Both the position numbers and the translations under genes were made by a program. Shown piece by piece: positions 55,497 through 59,534 of a DNA stretch of 59,534 nucleotides; position 1 is the stretch's first letter; each line of letters starts with the position of its first letter. The notes under the pieces were generated by a model. That model was not told the DNA's origin and searched no databases. It saw only the letters and a list, made by a program, of their open reading frames with translations. Location: the IMG/VR virus record IMGVR_UViG_3300020393_000002, positions 1 through 59,534 of that record, one strand, 5' to 3'. The DNA comes from a virus (lineage: Duplodnaviria > Caudoviricetes).

Positions 55497-57926
55497 ATGG
55501 CCATAGAAAAACCTCTTGCACCAATAGACATAGGACCTAGACCAGTAGAGCCTACAGATGAACAAAAGGTAGAAGTTGAGGTAGTAAATCCCGAAGCAGT
55601 GTCTATTGAAACAGAAGATGGTGGCATGATAATAGACTTCGGAAAAGAAGAAGATACAGAAACATCTGAGTTTGATAGCAATTTAGCAGAGTTTATAGAA
55701 GATAGTGAGCTAGATAAACTAGCAAATGATTTACTGTCTAGCTTTGAATCAGATAAACAATCAAGAAGTGAGTGGGCAAAGAGTTATGTAAAAGGACTCG
55801 ATCTTCTAGGAATGAAAATAGAAGAGAGACAACAACCTTGGGCAGGTTCCTCTGGTGTATTTCATCCTGTTCTTACGGAGTCTATTGTTAGATTTCAGGC
55901 ACAAGCTATGGGAGAAATATTCCCTGCTCAAGGACCAGTTAGAACAAAAACTGTAGGTAAAATATCTAGAGAAAAAACAGAACAGGCAAAAAGAGTTGAA
56001 AACGAAATGAATTATCTCTTAACAGAAGAGATGACTGAGTATCGTGATGAGACAGAGCAAATGCTCTTTAAACTTCCTCTTGCAGGGTCAGCTTTTAAAA
56101 AGGTTTATTATGATCCTCTCTTAGAAAGACCCTGTGCTATGTTTGTCCCTGCAGAGGACTTTGTTGTATCGTATGGTGTTACAGACCTAATGACATGCGA
56201 AAGATACACACATGTCATGAAAAAGACACAAAACGAAGTTGCAAAACTGCAAGACAACGGATTTTACAGAGATGTTGACCTGCCTGAGCCAGAGCCAGAG
56301 TATACAGATATACAAGAAAAATATGATGATTTAGATGGTGAGAGTGGCGTTTTAGAGGATGATGATAGACATACACTTTTAGAAATGCATGCGGACATTG
56401 AGTTACCAGAGCCGTTTCAAGAAGAAGACGGAATAGCAAGACCACATGTAATAACAATAGAAAAATCATCTAGAACCATTTTATCCATCAGGAGAAACTA
56501 TTATGCAGATGATGAAAAGAAAAGAAAAAGACAATTCTTTGTCCACTATAGGTACCTCCCCGGGTTGGGCTTTTACGGTACAGGACTTATACACCTCATC
56601 GGAGGACTTGCAAAAAGCGCAACCTCAATCCTCAGACAACTTATCGATGCAGGAACACTCTCGAATTTACCGGCTGGTCTTAAGGCTAGGGGTCTTCGTA
56701 TCAAGGGTGATGATTCGCCTCTCATGCCGGGTGAGTTCCGTGACGTTGATGTACCGGGTGGTGCGATTCGTGACGCTATTACTTTCATACCTTACAAAGA
56801 ACCAAGTTCCGTACTCTACCAATTGCTCCAAAATATCGTTGACGAGGGGAGAAGGATTGGCTCCGTTGCCGATATACAAGTTGGAGACATCAACGCACAA
56901 GCCCCAGTAGGTACAACACTTGCATTGATGGAAAGATCAATGAAAGTCATGTCAGGAGTGCAGGCCCGTTTACATGCGGCGCTAAAGAAAGAGCTTAGAT
57001 TATTATCTAATATTGTGAAAGACTACATGGGTCCTGACTATGTTTACGAAATGGAAGGTGAGTTCTCAAGAACAAAAGACTTTGATGAGAGAGTGGATGT
57101 AATACCAGTATCAGATCCAAATGCAGCAACTATGTCTCAAAGAATTATGCAATATCAATCAGCATTGCAGTTATCCCAGCAGGCACCGCAATTATATGAT
57201 ATGGGTAAATTGCATAGACAGATGTTAGAGGTATTGGGAATAGATCAGGCAAAAGAAATAATTAAATTGCCTGATGATATAAAGCCATCAGATCCTGTAA
57301 CAGAAAACATGGCAATGTTAAAACAAGAGCCAGTAAAAGCATTTAAGTATCAGGATCACGAAGCACACATACAAGTTCATAGAGCTGCTATTGAAGACCC
57401 AAAATTAAGAGAAATAGTAGGGCAGTCACCATTTGCTGCGGCAATACAGGCAGCAATGACAGCTCACATAACAGAGCATGTGGCATTTCAATATAGAAAA
57501 GAGATAGAAGAAAGACTTGGTGTCCCGATGCCAGATGAAGAAAAACCTCTACCAGAAGATGTGGAAGAGGAGCTTTCTAGGATTACAGCAGAGGCTGCTG
57601 GTAAATTACTTACGAAGAACACACAAGAAGCACAGCAGATGGAGCAGCAAAAACTAGAAAAAGATCCTTTAACTCAAATACAAAGAAAAGAGTTAGAGAT
57701 AAAAGAAAAAGAACTGCAGCATAAAATAGACCTTGATAATGCCAAGTTAGAGCTTGAAAAGATGAAAGCTGACAATAACGAGGATATTCAAATGGAAAGA
57801 ATCAAATCTGAGAACAAAAGAGAAGGCGCAAGACTCGCTGTGGAAGTAGCAAAAGAAACAAACAAAGCTACAAAAGATGGGACAAAATTAGCTATAGAAC
57901 TTAACGAAAGTTTGAAAGATGGCTAG
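55497..57926 (+). CDS. portal protein
   Basis: 809 aa after terL; LPLAGSAFKKVY, QLIDAGTLSN, C-terminal coiled coil (P22-like barrel). Confidence 0.88.
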   Translation: MAIEKPLAPIDIGPRPVEPTDEQKVEVEVVNPEAVSIETEDGGMIIDFGKEEDTETSEFDSNLAEFIEDSELDKLANDLLSSFESDKQSRSEWAKSYVKGLDLLGMKIEERQQPWAGSSGVFHPVLTESIVRFQAQAMGEIFPAQGPVRTKTVGKISREKTEQAKRVENEMNYLLTEEMTEYRDETEQMLFKLPLAGSAFKKVYYDPLLERPCAMFVPAEDFVVSYGVTDLMTCERYTHVMKKTQNEVAKLQDNGFYRDVDLPEPEPEYTDIQEKYDDLDGESGVLEDDDRHTLLEMHADIELPEPFQEEDGIARPHVITIEKSSRTILSIRRNYYADDEKKRKRQFFVHYRYLPGLGFYGTGLIHLIGGLAKSATSILRQLIDAGTLSNLPAGLKARGLRIKGDDSPLMPGEFRDVDVPGGAIRDAITFIPYKEPSSVLYQLLQNIVDEGRRIGSVADIQVGDINAQAPVGTTLALMERSMKVMSGVQARLHAALKKELRLLSNIVKDYMGPDYVYEMEGEFSRTKDFDERVDVIPVSDPNAATMSQRIMQYQSALQLSQQAPQLYDMGKLHRQMLEVLGIDQAKEIIKLPDDIKPSDPVTENMAMLKQEPVKAFKYQDHEAHIQVHRAAIEDPKLREIVGQSPFAAAIQAAMTAHITEHVAFQYRKEIEERLGVPMPDEEKPLPEDVEEELSRITAEAAGKLLTKNTQEAQQMEQQKLEKDPLTQIQRKELEIKEKELQHKIDLDNAKLELEKMKADNNEDIQMERIKSENKREGARLAVEVAKETNKATKDGTKLAIELNESLKDG

Positions 57927-58113
57927 AAATGAAACCATATATACACCAATAATAAAAAAAGTTCAGGAGGAAATGGATGCTATCACTGACTATATTTCAT
58001 CCGGCAGACCTAAAAATTTCGAAGAATATCAAAGACTTGTCGGAAAAATGGAAGGATTGTCCATTGCTAGAGAACTGTTGCAGGATACAGAAAAGAAATT
58101 TATTGACGATTAG
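57919..58113 (+). CDS. small hypothetical protein
   Basis: EEYQRLVG..EGL motif. Confidence 0.65.
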   Translation: MARNETIYTPIIKKVQEEMDAITDYISSGRPKNFEEYQRLVGKMEGLSIARELLQDTEKKFIDD

Positions 58114-58228
58114 GGGGTTACAAAATGTCAATAGGTGTGTATATTTAAACTAGACTAGTAAAACTAGTAACGGGAATAAACCCGCATGGTAACGATAAGC
58201 CATAGAATTATCGCACAAGGAATCAGAG

Positions 58229-58600
58229 ATGTACTCTGCACAAAAAGTAGATTATGAGGAAGAACTAAAATTAAAACTTCCCCAGCCACAAGGTTATAGA
58301 TTACTCATAGCCATCCCAAAGGTTGAAGAAAAAACAGGAGCTGGTGTTTATATGCCAGACTCATTAACAAAAATGGAACAAACAGCTTCCATCGTAGGTC
58401 TCGTTGTAGAAATGGGGCCAGATGCATATCTGGATAAATCTAAGTTTCCTAATGGTCCATACTGCAAAAAAGGTGATTTTGTAATATTTAGATCTTATTC
58501 TGGAACTAGATTTAAAGTTAAGAATGAAGAGTTTCGTTTAATTAATGATGACACTGTGGAAGCAGTTGTTGATGACCCAAGAGGATTTATAAGAGTATGA
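58229..58600 (+). CDS. groES: GroES-like co-chaperonin
   Basis: PQGYRLLI, TGAGVY.P, GPDAY, GDFV...YSG, RLINDD.V.AVV. Confidence 0.85.
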   Translation: MYSAQKVDYEEELKLKLPQPQGYRLLIAIPKVEEKTGAGVYMPDSLTKMEQTASIVGLVVEMGPDAYLDKSKFPNGPYCKKGDFVIFRSYSGTRFKVKNEEFRLINDDTVEAVVDDPRGFIRV

Positions 58601-59534
58601 GTGATAATACAGCAGAAAAGCAGCAAGAAGAATTAGATCTAGAAGTAGAAATAATTGATGATGTTCCTGAAGAAGATAAAAACAAAGTCAGGAATGAAGA
58701 TGCGCCAAAGGATAATATTCCTGATGACGAAGAAATAAAACAATATAGCAAAGATGTTCAAAAAAGACTTAACAAGATTAAGTACGAATATCATGAAGAG
58801 AGAAGATTAAAAGAAGCCGCTGAAAGAGAAAAAGAAGAAGCGGTTAATAATCTTCAAAAACTATTAGATGAGAATAAAAAATTAAGAAAAACACTAGATG
58901 ATGGTGAAGGTGTTTTAGTTGAGCAGGCCAAGAAAAGAGTTGGTGCAGAAATAGACTCAGCTAAAAAAGAATACAAAGAAGCGTATGAGTCAGGAGATCC
59001 TGACAAGATACTAGAAGCTCAAGAAAAATTAAATAGAGCGCAGAACGAACAATTTAAAGTAGAGTCTTATAAGCCTCCGGTCAGAACACAAGATGTTTCT
59101 GATACTCCTAAAGAGACTGCACAACCAAAGGCTAAAGAAAAGTATGAGCCAACAGCGGCTGATAAAAAATGGTTAGAGCAAAACTCAGAGTGGTTTAATA
59201 AAGACGGCTATGAAGATATGACAGGATATGTTTATGGTATTCATTCTAAATTGGTAAAAGCAAAGATAAATCCAATATTAGAGCCAGATGAATATTATAG
59301 AAGAGTTGATGAGGGAATGAGAAAACATTTCCCAGAATACTTTAACAAGCAGGATGTTGAGACAGAAGAGGTAGACGCACCTCAGCGACCTGCTGGTACA
59401 GTGGTTGCCCCGGTTAATCGAAGTGCAAAAAAACCACGCAAAGTGCAGTTGACCTCTACCCAAATCTCTCTCGCAAATAGACTTGGGCTTACCCCTGAAC
59501 AATATGCGCAACAATTATTGAAGGAATCAACAAA
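58597..59534 (+). CDS. capsid scaffolding protein (continues to base 59 across the join; 314 aa)
   Basis: Acidic coiled coil; C-terminal LT..QI.LA.RLGLTPEQYA. Confidence 0.75.
   Translation, partial: MSDNTAEKQQEELDLEVEIIDDVPEEDKNKVRNEDAPKDNIPDDEEIKQYSKDVQKRLNKIKYEYHEERRLKEAAEREKEEAVNNLQKLLDENKKLRKTLDDGEGVLVEQAKKRVGAEIDSAKKEYKEAYESGDPDKILEAQEKLNRAQNEQFKVESYKPPVRTQDVSDTPKETAQPKAKEKYEPTAADKKWLEQNSEWFNKDGYEDMTGYVYGIHSKLVKAKINPILEPDEYYRRVDEGMRKHFPEYFNKQDVETEEVDAPQRPAGTVVAPVNRSAKKPRKVQLTSTQISLANRLGLTPEQYAQQLLKEST
59483..59534. repeat. 52-bp direct repeat of the window start
   Basis: Identical to 1-52. Confidence 0.95.

Overview
The window is an apparently complete circular 59,482-bp genome of an AT-rich tailed phage, podovirus-like and probably marine. 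Bases 1-52 repeat bases 59483-59534, and the scaffold gene reads across the join. The + strand block from ~52.7 kb round to 37.6 kb encodes terminases, portal, GroES, scaffold, capsid, many small basic proteins, several tail fibre/chaperone pairs, holin, lysozyme, ejection proteins and a 3202-aa polyvalent protein. 37.7-44.6 kb holds recombination nucleases and a primase-helicase; no DNA polymerase, RNA polymerase, integrase, tRNA or CRISPR was recognised. 44.7-52.5 kb is a leftward early operon. The strongest novel signal is in that operon: a sigma70-like promoter drives a ~215-nt multi-stem leader RNA ended by a type III hammerhead ribozyme, with a type I hammerhead two genes later. Other signals: small acidic ORFs with their own RBS overprinted on the giant gene, a possible SAM-lyase-like domain, a dispersed AAGTTA-N4-TAACTT operator, two ACTAGT arrays, a G-quadruplex motif between terS and terL, and a 16-kb zone nearly free of CCAG/CTGG. 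All calls come from reading motifs by eye; no searches or folding were run.
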